Shown: piece by piece, positions 10,731 to 23,037 of the stretch
How positions within the stretch are numbered: position 1 is the first letter of the stretch
Layout: each line of letters opens with the position of its first letter
From: Schizochytrium sp. TIO01
Lineage: Eukaryota > Protista > Bigyra: Labyrinthulomycetes
Direction: 5' to 3'
DNA: 64,000 nt
Assembly: GCA_004764695.1 (NCBI GenBank)
Contig: SMSO01000004.1
Span: 1,364,001-1,428,000, forward strand
Notes under the pieces: generated by a model
What the model was told of the DNA's origin: nothing
The model's input: only the letters and a program-made list of their open reading frames with translations
Databases searched by the model: none
Position numbers and translations under genes: made by a program

Positions 10731-12872
10731 CCACCGCGCCTCGGCAGACCCACGATGCCGGTGATCTGCCGTGCCTCCTAGTTGGTGCTTTGGTTCACGC
10801 GTTTCCTGTTTGTCATCATCATCGACTGATTATTTGGATACTCTTTTCTCTTCCTTTTTCATCATTTCATCATGAAATTATATATCTTTCACCACCACGT
10901 ACAGATCGAGGCTTGTCGAATCGTTTAGCCTACTGGAACGCTCTCTGAGGATACATAGCTTGAAGCACGTCGAAGCCTCTTCGAGTTGGGCAAGCCCAGC
11001 ACAAGGTCAACTTGGCGCTGAAAAGGAATCAATCAATGGATACCCATACTAAAGGTCCAAAAGTAGGAGGTACCTGGTGAATGTGTCTGTGTACATTTGA
11101 GAGTTCTTTTTCTCATCGACTTTCGTTCGATTTGTGTGCTCAGTCAGCTCTCAATAGGGATGAGTACTCTATGAATAGCTTCAGCCTTCAGTTCTATATC
11201 TGTACACGGCTAGTTAGTGTCCATAGCCTACTGGGCCTCTAGACTCCCAGGCCTCTAGGCGGTAGGTAGCTGCAACATTGCGTAGATCGCGTTCATAGTA
11301 ACCACTCGCGAACATGGTATATTGCTGTCGCTAGATTGCACTTAGAGACTCGTTTCACCACCTTTAATTTATTTGTTTTAATGTAGAAAGCCAAAAAAAG
11401 AGAAGGACAGATATCTATAGCTAGGGGCACACACAGGGGAAACAGTAGGAGTGGTTGGCACGGGCAAGCAATAGGAAGGGCAAAAAGCCATTATGAGGCG
11501 AATAGAGGAAGGGACAGAGCTCGTGAGTCGGCTATATTGCTGTTTTCTGATACTTAGGAGTGGAAAAACGTGATGATGCGAGTGAGAGAGGATGAAAGCA
11601 CAACCATGAAGACTGAGCACCAATAACGTGGTTGACAAGTGGTGGGCAGATGATTATTGTAGGAAGGCTGATATGATGGTCGATATTTGCAGGTTTCTTT
11701 GGCACAATTATGGACGCTGCGCAAGAAGGGCTCGTGGTATCAGTAGCATGACATGCGCTGCGATTGACCGTCCATTCGAACAATATTTGATGTCCATGAG
11801 ATTATTTGTTCAGGCTCACTCAAATCGGGCAGGGCGGGCACGGTGGGTGGGCGGGTTGTGGTGCTAAGTAGGGAATTTTTCTCGGTGTGTCAAGGCTGTG
11901 CTGTCCAAAATCTTAGCTTTGAGCGATTACTCAACGAGGAAACGCATTCAATGGATGGGCAAAAAAAAATTGAGCAAGGTCACACATGACTGAGCACACA
12001 CCCAAGAAAGAGGTTATTTTAGGAGTTGGTTCAGACGAAACCATCTGTTGTAGGGATGTCTTTAGAAACCTCAAATTATGTTCGTCTGGAATGTACTTTC
12101 TGAGAAGCAAACCGATTTTTGAGCTATAGTCCGAACACACACTACGCTACGTAAAGAGACTTTATCATTAAAGATGATTGAAGGTTCATCTTAACGTAAA
12201 TTTATTAATGCACATTCAAACTCCATTCACATGGTGGTCGCGCAAAGGAAAATGAACAAAGCCAAGTTTCTCTGACTAGGAAGACATACATCCATCTGAT
12301 CATACGAGTTAAATCCGAGCCAAAATACGCACTCACTAGTTTAAGGCAACTTCAATCAATTTGCATGAGTATTTAAATCTCAAAGCATATTAGCAATAGC
12401 TTTAATTCTAAGCAGATACACTAAAGTCAACGCCAGGGAATGCAACTACGGCAAGAAGGTTACCACGGAGGAACAAGCAATAAGGAAACTGACATGCGGG
12501 TTTTATTCCTCAAAGAAGCCCACTGTTCGTCATGAAAAACCTTTATGTACACCCTACAAGTATGAGCAAGCAAACTTGAGAAAACGAATCAAGCTTTGTT
12601 TTCCAGCTTCTAAAAGGATGTTTATCACAGGATATCTAAGTGGCTAAAGAAAGGCGAAGTAAAGGGAAACATGAGGGGGAAACATAAAATTCTTTTGTCA
12701 AATTTAGAAAGAATAAAGCCTTTGGTGTTGGACAAATAAGTTTGAAGAACAGCACAGAATATTTGATCAGCAACACTCAGACATGTCTTTGAGGAACAAT
12801 ATAAAGCAGTCTGAGCGTGAAGTTTGAAGGGTGCCTAACCTGTTAGCTAGGCTTGAATTGAACGGAGGAGAA

Positions 12873-14249
12873 TTATGAAGAGAACGAGGTGAGGTAACTC
12901 TCATGGTTGCACTGGAAGGGCACAGTACCAGTGTTGGAAAAGTTGTCGAGAAGAGAAATAACGTTGGCAGCAGTACCGGCAGTAAGAAGAACGAAGGAGT
13001 AGATGACGAGAACAATGAGGAAAATCTTTTGGTAGAGAGGGATCTCACGGTCGTTCTTAGAGTAGGCAAGCCAGTAGAACCAAATAGGTACCATGAAGGC
13101 GAGGATGGGTCCGAAGATGGATCCAAGAAGAGAAACGAGACTGTCGAAGAAGTAAACACCGTTGGAGACAACATAAGAGAAGATGAGAGTCACAAGAGAA
13201 ATGGCAAACCACACCAAACGACCCTTGATGCCGTTGTCTTCAATGGTGCTAGGGGAGATGATTTCGTGCATGTTGCGGTGGAAAGCGCAGGCAATAATAA
13301 AGTACGATACCATAAGGTGGAGACAGAGAAAAACGGCAGCAGTAGAAAGCAAGGCACCGTTAGTACTGGGGTCGACCTCCTTGAGAATTGAGTCACTAGC
13401 GTTCTCACCACTAAAAGTGTAGGAGACGAGACCGACGAGAAGGTAGAGACCGATTTGCACAGGAGCACTGATGTAGAAAGCCTTGGGAAAATCCTCCTTG
13501 TTGCGCATCTCAGCGATCATCTCAAAGTACACGTAGCAACCAAGGTAGGCAAAGGTAATCTTGGAAAGCGCGCCAAAGAAGTCAATCCAGGTAAGGTCAT
13601 CGGGGACTCCGCCATAGGTGGTCTCGCGGCCGGTAGAGTCCTTCATGTTGATGAAGAGGTAAATAAGAACGATGAAGATGGCACAGATGATGCAGGCAAA
13701 GTTGATCCAGAAAATCACACGAGCGGTGGTAAAGCTGCGAACCTGGATAGGAATAATGAGGGCACAGAAGGCAACAATACCCCACAGAGGATCACAGAGC
13801 TCCACACCCCAGAAAGCAATAGAGAGGGTTTGGGTCAATGCAAGAAAGTAACTCGACACAGTGAAGAGCATGTAAATGTAAGTACTGCCCTTAACGAACC
13901 ACTCATACACCTTGTTGTCAAAGATTTCCTCAGAAACAGAAGCATAAGAGCGGGCATTAGGGTAGTAGTGAGCGGTACGGTGAATAAGAATACCAATGTA
14001 GATGTTGCAAAATCCAAGGACGCCAATAAGGACAATGGCGAGGGCATATCCGACTTCGGCAAATGCAAGACCCATGGTAAGAACACCTACTCCAACAATC
14101 TCACCAATTTGAATCATACTGACGGTGCTCCAGTTAAGGTTGCCCTCGACACCGGAGTCGCTGCCATGGGGCGGAGTATCAACATCAACCCAGCCATCTG
14201 CAGCATCCACACGGGGAGTACCCACGACAACTTGACCGTTCTTAGGCAT
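12873..14249 (-). CDS. Amino acid/auxin permease (AAAP, Aa_trans domain) transporter, array copy 1 (A-type body), 458 aa
   Basis: About 11 hydrophobic segments; TM1 motif IGEIVGVGVLTMGLAFAEVG (family GxGxLxLPxAF..G pattern), SY motif after TM2, TM6 motif FAYLG...FEMIAEMRNKEDFPKA, late LVSLLGS; clearly paralogous to the four downstream copies. Confidence 0.93.
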   Translation of the reverse strand: MPKNGQVVVGTPRVDAADGWVDVDTPPHGSDSGVEGNLNWSTVSMIQIGEIVGVGVLTMGLAFAEVGYALAIVLIGVLGFCNIYIGILIHRTAHYYPNARSYASVSEEIFDNKVYEWFVKGSTYIYMLFTVSSYFLALTQTLSIAFWGVELCDPLWGIVAFCALIIPIQVRSFTTARVIFWINFACIICAIFIVLIYLFINMKDSTGRETTYGGVPDDLTWIDFFGALSKITFAYLGCYVYFEMIAEMRNKEDFPKAFYISAPVQIGLYLLVGLVSYTFSGENASDSILKEVDPSTNGALLSTAAVFLCLHLMVSYFIIACAFHRNMHEIISPSTIEDNGIKGRLVWFAISLVTLIFSYVVSNGVYFFDSLVSLLGSIFGPILAFMVPIWFYWLAYSKNDREIPLYQKIFLIVLVIYSFVLLTAGTAANVISLLDNFSNTGTVPFQCNHESYLTSFSS

Positions 14250-14295
14250 GGTTTATATTGAGTCTATGTTTCCAATTCAAGGAGAATAGTGTTTT

Positions 14296-14311
14296 GAGTT
14301 TTGGTTTTGTT
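14296..14311 (-). promoter_or_regulatory. Conserved leader/core-promoter motif upstream of permease copy 1 (degenerate)
   Basis: + strand GAGTTTTGGTTTTGTT, 47 nt upstream of ATG; variant of RAGTTTCGGGTTTGCT found at all five copies. Confidence 0.4.
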
Positions 14312-14628
14312 GGCAAGCCAGGTTATGGTTTTGCTGCAGCTCTACGTGAGGTTTTGCATAAATCATGGTCACAATCTATTCTCAGTGCACGTGCAGAGGA
14401 AAATAAATTTGCTCGCTCACCTCGCTCTAATTAACTCTAATGGAGATTTTATGCGCTGCTGCTTACAAAGCTGTGCACGCGACTTTTGTTTCTATAATAT
14501 TTTGAAAGTATATATAAGTGTTCATGAGGAATAAAATAAAATAATAACAATTACAAGACTTGGTGTTCGAGGCGAGCAGTTTTGCATTTTTAATGATTTA
14601 GTAGGGTGATAGTAGGAGAAACAATTTT

Positions 14629-14741
14629 TGCTCGCGAAAAAGAGACGCTATGCTCGCGATTGCTCGTGATCTGTTTGTAACTTGGCAAGTTGCTCAACTC
14701 TCCGCGGAAATTTGCGCTGAGAAATCGATAACTTCTGCTCG
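14629..14741. promoter_or_regulatory. YGYTCG homotypic cluster upstream of permease copy 1
   Basis: TGCTCG at 14629, 14651, 14661 and about 14736; CCGCGGAAA at 14702; AT-rich tracts on both sides. Confidence 0.5.
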
Positions 14742-16091
14742 TGGTTTTCGTCGTGAATAATGAGACGCGCGGATTCGTACTAATATCTATAATTTGTTAA
14801 AGTTCAAGACAATAAAAAATGAGAATGAAAAATCTTTTTATTTACTTTAAATTTTAAAATTCAGAGGAAGTCACAGCAGATAAAAACACAGTTCTCGAAA
14901 AACAATGTGGAAGGCGATGAAAGTTACCATCCATGCCTCGTCGCAGCTGTTTAGCACTCGGACGTTTAAATAGCAATCTAATACCAGTCCTCGCCTATCT
15001 TGTTTGCACGTGCGGCCAATCCGCCTCAAGAAGACGGCTCTGCACAAAGAAAATAAGCTCTCAGGCAACGAGGTATCGTACAGCACGTGCAATCTTTTAA
15101 TCGCTTACTGTCTTCAGGGGAATGGTTCAAAGACCAGTCTCAAATCTTTTGACATACCACGCTGATGTTAATGAATTAAACAAATCGTTAGCGCAAGAAC
15201 CGTCTGACACCTTGCCTTATCATATTCGACGTTGACGGTAGTCTCGGCAAATATTACATTCTATGTTTCATCATTATCTCCGCAATTGATTGCCAAAATT
15301 CATGAATTCGTCTCAACAGTGCGTTTAGCGCTGATCACTTAACTCACTACATGAATTATCACCGATGGTAGTTTAAACACCCCATTCCACATCTCATCAT
15401 CAGCTTTTAAGAATTAACTTGAAGGTCATCTCGACGATGGGTTTTACATTGTGACTAATGTTTTGGTGAATGGATTTTAAATTGCTTAAAAGAAAAAACT
15501 CTACCATTTGTCAGGCCATTTTGTCTCGCGGTGTGGAGCCTAAACAGAGAGGATTGGACACAAACCTATTATCCAATCCAAAAAGCGATTTGCACCTATT
15601 ACGATGCGAAGAAACTCAGATTTACACTTCGGGAGCCATCAAAAGAGAACAAAAACTGATACTACTTCATTTTAAAAAAATAGTAATGTTTCAAGAATTT
15701 AGAGGAGGTCCCAAAACTCAAGCCCTCGTCAGTTGAAGCAGCGTAGGTTTGTGTGCAAAACTGATGAGCAACCTGGGAGGCGAGCTTGCGCATTACGCTA
15801 GTTGTAGAATTTAAACAGAGATTCAGAGTCAAAAATTAGAAATCGATATTTATTCTCTCACTTTTTCTCCTTCCTGCTATTCTAAGTTCCTATTGCCTCT
15901 AACTAAGTAGTACCTTGTAATTATCACACTGAGGAAAATACTAAAACCTGATGGTGAAAAAAGTGAAAAGAGAGCTCACGCACTTGTGTTAAGTGTAGCA
16001 AATGATGAGAGGACATCAAAATTTGACTCGCTAGTGTTGGTAGTGAGTCGTCATCATCAGGCAAATTGGCTTCGGTCTGATTTTTTATAAT

Positions 16092-16226
16092 TTTTTAACG
16101 AATAATTACCATGCTCAAGTTGATTGCTTCGGATTCCACAGGTTACTACTCTAATATGATTTCTTTTTACGGATAATCACCATGCTCAAGTTGATCGCTT
16201 CGGATTCCGCAGACTACTACTGATAA
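16092..16226. repeat. Imperfect tandem duplication, 2 x about 71 bp
   Basis: ACGAATAATTACCATGCTCAAGTTGATTGCTTCGGATTCCACAGGTTACTACT vs ACGGATAATCACCATGCTCAAGTTGATCGCTTCGGATTCCGCAGACTACTACT; CATGCTCAAG at 16110 and 16181. Confidence 0.9.
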
Positions 16227-19200
16227 TTCTACTTCATTCAGAAGGAGATGCGCACCTCTTTATTTTTTCTTCTTTATTAAAAATAATACAAAAATTAAAA
16301 CACATTACAAAAACACAGTCTTTCAAAACTATCGTGTCGAGAATCTCGAATATTTTGCGGATGCGGAGCTGCAACTCACTAAATTTTCTTTTCGATTTGC
16401 ACTGAGTATATACTTGACTACCATGGAAAGAGATACAAAGTATTTGCATATGAAGGTCTATCAAAGGTGCCGTCGACCATACACTATGGCACCTTAGGTT
16501 CTTCTTGTAGGAACTGTCATAGTAGCACAATCTCTCTTGTTTTCTATCGGCACCTACCGTTCAACCTTTTTTACTGACAGTTCTATAGCGTCTGATAATC
16601 AGCTAGGAGGGAAAGGAGCAAAACACGATTGTGCTTTCTTCTACAGCCTATTAAATTTTCCAACATACATAGTTTCACGCCATACTTCTTACATTTGTTG
16701 TTACTTGAAAATCGTGATTTGCTTGTTCGTGATGCTTGAATACTCTTGCCTTTTAAAGCTTCGAGACATTGCATCCAACCTTTGCTCCGAAGGGAAACAA
16801 TTATAAACTGTTAGACAACTTGAACATGAGCAGCAGATTTATCCTGATAAAGACAAGGTGACTCCCGAGGTACTCATATTCAGCCTGAAGGCTAAAAAAA
16901 TGCGCCGCTGCCCAGCGTGGGTATACTAACTGAGTTTGTCGGGTGTCCGAGGCCCCGGACACCTAGTACCTTACAAAAGGGCTTTCTCGTAATATGACTT
17001 GTGTTTTTCTCTCATCTAAACAAGGCCAGTCAGCCGGGGACTTTGGAACAGGGTTTAAATCGGTCTACGCTACGCTTGCCATCACAAAAAGCTGTCTTCC
17101 AGAGGCTGAGATAGGGTGAGTCATCGTGGGTATCATACGAGGTTAGACTAACTAGCGATGCCCACTCAAGTTCCATTGAGGAGAAAATACTTCTTCGTTT
17201 TTTCTCAGTCTTTCCAGCGTGCCGGACCAACATGATGACTACAAAGTGTTTTTTTTTTCTCTTTTTCTTCAGGTTAGGCTAGTCCCAAAGACCTCCAAGT
17301 TGTTTACACTGTTTTTGTAAAGAATGATCAATTTCTACCTACTACTAGATAGTAATAGGATAGCATATGGTAGTACTATTTAATAGGTGGATAATCAGTT
17401 AGAGTGGGGACTCATTTGTTTTCTGAGACACAAATACGTGACAATCAAAAACAAACTAACATTTGTAGTTGGTAGTTTGCAAGGTAGAATAATAGAACCA
17501 GATTAAGCATAGTTAGCATAATTATTAATGAAGAGCAGTATGGCAGTACACACCATTTGGATAGCTTTTGAACGCGATAGCCACGCCTGAGAAAACACAT
17601 GCTGGTGGTGCACGAGAGGACTTATTGAGCGCTTTTATGTTAGATCCCCATACCCTTAACCTTTAAGTCTATAAGAGCCAGGTCTCTAGCTTGGGCAAGT
17701 GATAATACTTGTGCTAGTGCCATCACGTCATATACTTTTAGTTGGAGGGTCTCGTTGATCTTAGGTTCGGGGGCAATTTTGAAAGTCATTTGCTTTCTAC
17801 AGGAGCACCGGAATCGTCACATTTATTTATCAACAAGTATTAAAACATGATTAGGGGCTATTAAGATTAACATAGACATGAATTCTCGAATAGTTGGTAG
17901 AATCTTCAATGGAAAACAACCAGTTCGAATTAAATGAACCTAAGTCTTACTTAGTACTGCAGTTAAGCAACGTCGCGCTGCTTGTATATTTACCCTTGTT
18001 CTACTACCAGCACACTCTTCAAGTTCTCTCAATCAGCTAGTTGCATGTCCTACGGTTATATTTTCTTTGACAAAGAAGAACTTTTACCCAGGATAGGCAT
18101 TCTTTGTGTAAATGACATATGCTATCGTCCACTGCAATCATTGCTTGGAGCGAGGCTTGCAACATGCAAGTCAACATTAAAACATGACCGATTGGTGACG
18201 AGAAAACTCTGAATTTTCATAAATTTTAAATGTGAGTTATCATAACTTATTACCCAATAAATTTCTATTTTCGCGGTAAAGCGCCTACGTGTTTTCACAA
18301 AAGAAGAGGCAAAGCCGGCTTGAATGATGAGTCAAGCCAAACTTGCTCGCTGTATTGCTCGTGGGGCCTGTTCGTGAATGCTGCTCGGTATACTGCTCGG
18401 CATGCTCGCATTCTTGCTCGAGCACGCTGAGCTCTTCGAGATGGCTCCTTACTTCGGTTGTACATTGTATTTGTCGAAAAGCATTGTTATAGATGCTAAA
18501 GCTTGGATAACCCTTCTCTTAGTCTTGATCAAACTCAAATGTTATATTGATAACCCTGCATAAAAATGTTCTAGCTTATTCTTAGCGTTTATTGCTTTTA
18601 CTTGAATCGAGATAGCGAGGAAGAGGCGAAAAGCAACAAAACATATCAAAATGTCATTCAATGGTTTGGTGAAGTAAATGGAGATATCTGTCCGCTGATA
18701 TCTGTGCGTCCCCACGATCATTTGACAATGTAAACTAGGTTCAAACGTATGAAAAAATCATCTCATTGACGAAGTTGTTTTTTGTTTGTTTTTTCCAGAA
18801 TTTTAACATTATAAAAGATCCTTGGTCGCTAGAAGTATAAATACTCCGACTAAGAGGCCATACGCGCCTTTGGCTCCGCTCACCACCTTGATTGAGCTCC
18901 AAGACAAACGCGTAGCGCACTCTAACCAACTGGCGATCTTGGTTGTAGAGGCAACCGAGCTGCTGTTGTTTGTGATCCAGCAAAAACTTGTCTCTCTAAA
19001 TTGGACGTGTGACTGATGCTCCACCACTCATTAAGACGAAAGAGTGAAAAGTGGGTGCGCGACGTCATTTGGAAATTACTTGTCGAGAATGATTTGTCAA
19101 ATTGTGGCGCATACGATGTGAGCTGTGTTTTCCTCGGCCGTCATCACTTCAAGTCTTCCTGCGCATAAATATTTTGTTAGTTTTGGGGTGCTAACAAATT

Positions 19201-22200
19201 CGATCAATGCTAGTTGTCCACCAACGCTGAAGGACTAGGAGTCTAAGAACATCCCATGGCAGCTTTCATCTTACAAATGATAGGACTGTTTGCACACACC
19301 AATCATGATGAAGTTGCGTGAGACTCCTCTTACCCTTAGATATTTCAATGGAGTTGGTATGGGTGTCTTACTTCGTTGTGTACGCAGCAAGCCATTTAGG
19401 AGATCATAATTATAAGGCTTGAAGCAAACTTGTGCCGCGCAGCAAGCACGGAGCCCCAGAAACGTGAGATAATTTGAAAAATTGCACTTCGTCTAACACT
19501 GATACTTAGGGAAAACGTGAGCAACAAATTGATCAATTACCATCTATACTATTACTATATTCGACAAATGCATCATATTATAATTTTGTTTTCCTTTTGC
19601 CTTCTTGTTTTAGCTTAAATTAGAGTAAAAAATAGGAAAGTGTGACCTTGTAGGAAGTAGCACTATGAAGGTTGAAAAAGTGCTATGATAGCTGATCTCT
19701 GTTATATGTGGTCACGGCCGCAGCTTTCCCCAGGAGAAGATTTTTTAAAATTAAAATTCTAGCAGAATAATTCTTACACCTTTTCTCGACAAGAAAGAAA
19801 TGCGAGGTGCTTTCTAGCAAAATAGCTATAGAATTCATTTGTTTAGTGCTACTGCCCTTGAAGGGATTGATTTGTAAAATTAGGGTGTGAAAAGGTGAAG
19901 TTGACCGACAGCGAGGTTAGCGAGGTTGTGTTTTGGTTTCTAGTAAGTTGGTTGGTTGATTGGTTGTTTGTGTTTTTGACGTGTGTTATCTGTTTTTTAA
20001 TTTTTTAATTATAATTAGTACTACATAAGTACTACTATCGCTTCTCAGCAGAGGAAGATTGTATGAGTGAGTGAGTGCGCGAGTAAGCGAGGGTCCTGAA
20101 AAACATAAAACTTTAAAATATAAAGCTATATATGTACATAATATATTTAACTAATAGCACATCCACGGCAAGGGAACAAAAACAAGGTTTACATTGTTTT
20201 GTTTCCATTCTCTGCTCTCCTCACCTGGTGATAGTTGCGATGCGACCATTGTCAGGTCTAGCATCTACTATCTGGTTTGAAACTTTTATTATTTCATTAG
20301 CGTAGTATAGCAATTATTATTTAATTAATAAGCCTCGGGGTATTCTATTCTACTTGGATCTGGGAGGAAGAAATGTTATTAAAAGTTGCCGAGATCATGA
20401 GATGAACTACGGGATCTTGCGCGCAGAGATCGCGAAGCTACCAAAAATTGTAGTAGTTCTTATGTATCAATAGGAACAACAATGTCGGAAGCGGAGGAGC
20501 AAGTTTGGGATTGGTCTGAGCAGGGAAAGAACATTCTTCACAGTTTGAACTGGAAATAGGATCATCTGAACATCTATCAGTCGATTGAAAGGTAAGCAAG
20601 GGCTACCTACGTACATGAGCTTTCAAAATAATACTTGTCCAAGCATCGTTTGCAGTCCAAAAATAATTTGCTAAATGCCAGTATTGCAAGAACTTTGCAA
20701 AGTCAATATGAGATGAACGATTAAAAGTACGAGCAATTTTACTAAGATCTCGCCTTTCCCCAATAGAATAAAGCAAATGATGGGCTAACCAAGTCTCGTC
20801 ATCCTGCGATATCCAATTGACGATTCAAAGGTCGTATATGGGTAAGAAGTGCAAACAAAACTCCACTCATGGCTGTACTATTCTGCCACGAAAGGCTGGA
20901 GCTAGAAAATTCTATACGACCAAATGCATTGTCGCGAACATAATACTTCTCTTGCTCAGGTTGACTCAGTACTATTGTATATTTAGAAAATGTTGTACTT
21001 GTATTCTATCTTCTATTCATTTTATTCAAGTAATCATGTTATGAACACTCACTCAAAAAGGGCTACTAGTTAACTTTAAATTAAAGACCATAAGACCATA
21101 GAAATACAGACCTGTATTGAATTTTGTAAGTCTAAATCTCTACACAAGTATTTTTGCAGTATTATCACTTCTTAATTCCTCTTTACCCTTCCTATTTTGT
21201 TTTTAAAATAATAATAAATCTTCAATCTTCCTACGCAAATTGAACAAACAACTTTCTTTCTTTTTAGAGAAGGAAACAAAACCAATTATGACATGCAGCT
21301 CTCCCAGGGACACAAGTTTAGTTCAATAAAGGTAAATAAAATAGGGTTCATTATATTGTTTGAAACATTTAGCACTCAGCAGGTGGTGGTAGTGTAGTTT
21401 AATTTTGTTAGCCTCATCCTCCATGTCTGTTACTTTACTTTATTGTTTTGGGGGGAAAGCTTTCGTGACCAGGTGTATGTGCATGCTGGCTTGATTTTAT
21501 CTTCTTTGCAAATAGCATTATTATTTAATTCAGACACCATTTCATGCTTTGTTCTAAAAATTATAAACTCAACTTGTTTAAACAGACCTTGTAATTTCAA
21601 TCGTCACTTGACGATGTCGCAAACTGCTCTTCTTCTGCGCTTAATACGCAGAAGTGCTTTTTTCGTCTTTGGTTCTTGTCGTCACGACTGAATCAAACCT
21701 AATTTTTATGCTCATTATGTTTTTCACCAATGTCATCAAACAGTGTCTGCATCCCGCCTTTCAAGACAGTTTTGGATTCTTTATTTATTTTTAAATGTTA
21801 GCCGCTGAGCCGGTAGGCTGGCTTTGTTTATTATGTGCAGGCTCTAGACTATTCTGTTCGCTGTTCGCTATTGCTCGTCTTCGCTCGTCCTCATTGGCTG
21901 AGTTTTTTTATGGAGTCATCTGCTAGATTCATGGCAACGGCTCAGTTGCAGAACCCTTTTTAGTATGCTCGCGCTCAGCAATTCCCACACTGAAGATTGA
22001 ATGTGAAACTAGCTCACAAAGAAAGCTAGGCTTTCTGAAGTTGTGATATGCGTGACATGCGCAAGGAGAAGACACTGCGATTCAATCTGAAAAGTGAAAA
22101 TAATGTAGACATTCTTGCAATAAACTTGCTTCTTAATCAGGTAGATTACATAGTTGTATTGCTAAACTTGAATCTCTCTTATCTAGGATGTATGTACATG

Positions 22201-23037
22201 GATTTTCTGAATTTAGGCAGCATAATTAAACAGTTTGCAGGGAATGCATCACTTTGAACCTATTTGCAACGCATCCAAAAACCATTTGCAAACTTGCAAT
22301 AGGAAGCTATATACCCTGCATGTTTCAGCAAGTGAGATCTACATAATAGAATTGGATATGGGTTCTATGAACCTTCTGGCAATATTCTGCTAAGCTAAAT
22401 CAGAAAAATGATCACAAACTTACCACCCCTTAAAAGTACAAGCTAAAACCTTTTTTTCTTAAATATATAAAAAGACGGATAATTGTTCTAGTGGCTAATA
22501 ATTGATATACTAGAGTTAGGCGAGTTGAGTTGCTTTGGTATATTCTCTTAGATTGAATAGAACGACGTTGGTAAAATGACGACCGTTAATATTGAATGCA
22601 AACTTCAATTCATCGATACATTTTTTTATGCAAGAAAATACATAGACACTAACTATAATTTGTCAAGGCTTTCACAAATCTTTTAATTTCTTTGGCCGAA
22701 ACTGGAATACAATATTGATTCAAATTCATCACGCAGCCAAGTATTCTAAAAGTTGAATTTATGCGGTTGATGATTTTGTAGTGTATCTTCTACACAGTAT
22801 TGGCAAAATGTCTTGAGAAGCAGAATTGTTAGCAATGAAAGGAAATGTGAACAGTGAACAATGAACAGCAGAAAGACATTTTTAAAATTGTAAACATCAA
22901 ATTTGAACGAAAGGACGTGAAGGTTGGTTTGTAGGCCGTGTTGGTTTTCAGAAATATAAGGAAGAATAAAAAGCAACAAACTCGAAGAATGGAAATTGCC
23001 AAGTAACACAATGAGTAACTCAAAGAGCATTTAATAT

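Noticed and set aside
12903-14261. Long plus-strand ORFs opposite the permeases (e.g. 13455..14261, 268 aa; also 34123..34713, 52577..52975)
   Set aside because: Antisense shadows caused by codon bias of the hydrophobic minus-strand genes; no independent protein features
16440-16500. MVDGTF on the minus strand, resembling the MULE transposase DGTF motif
   Set aside because: Only a 4-residue match flanked by stops; no TIRs or further catalytic motifs identifiable by eye. An HMM search would be needed.
17383-17440. tRNA-Met-like start (TCAGTTAGAG...GACTCAT)
   Set aside because: No T-arm (GTTCRA) and no acceptor-stem pairing
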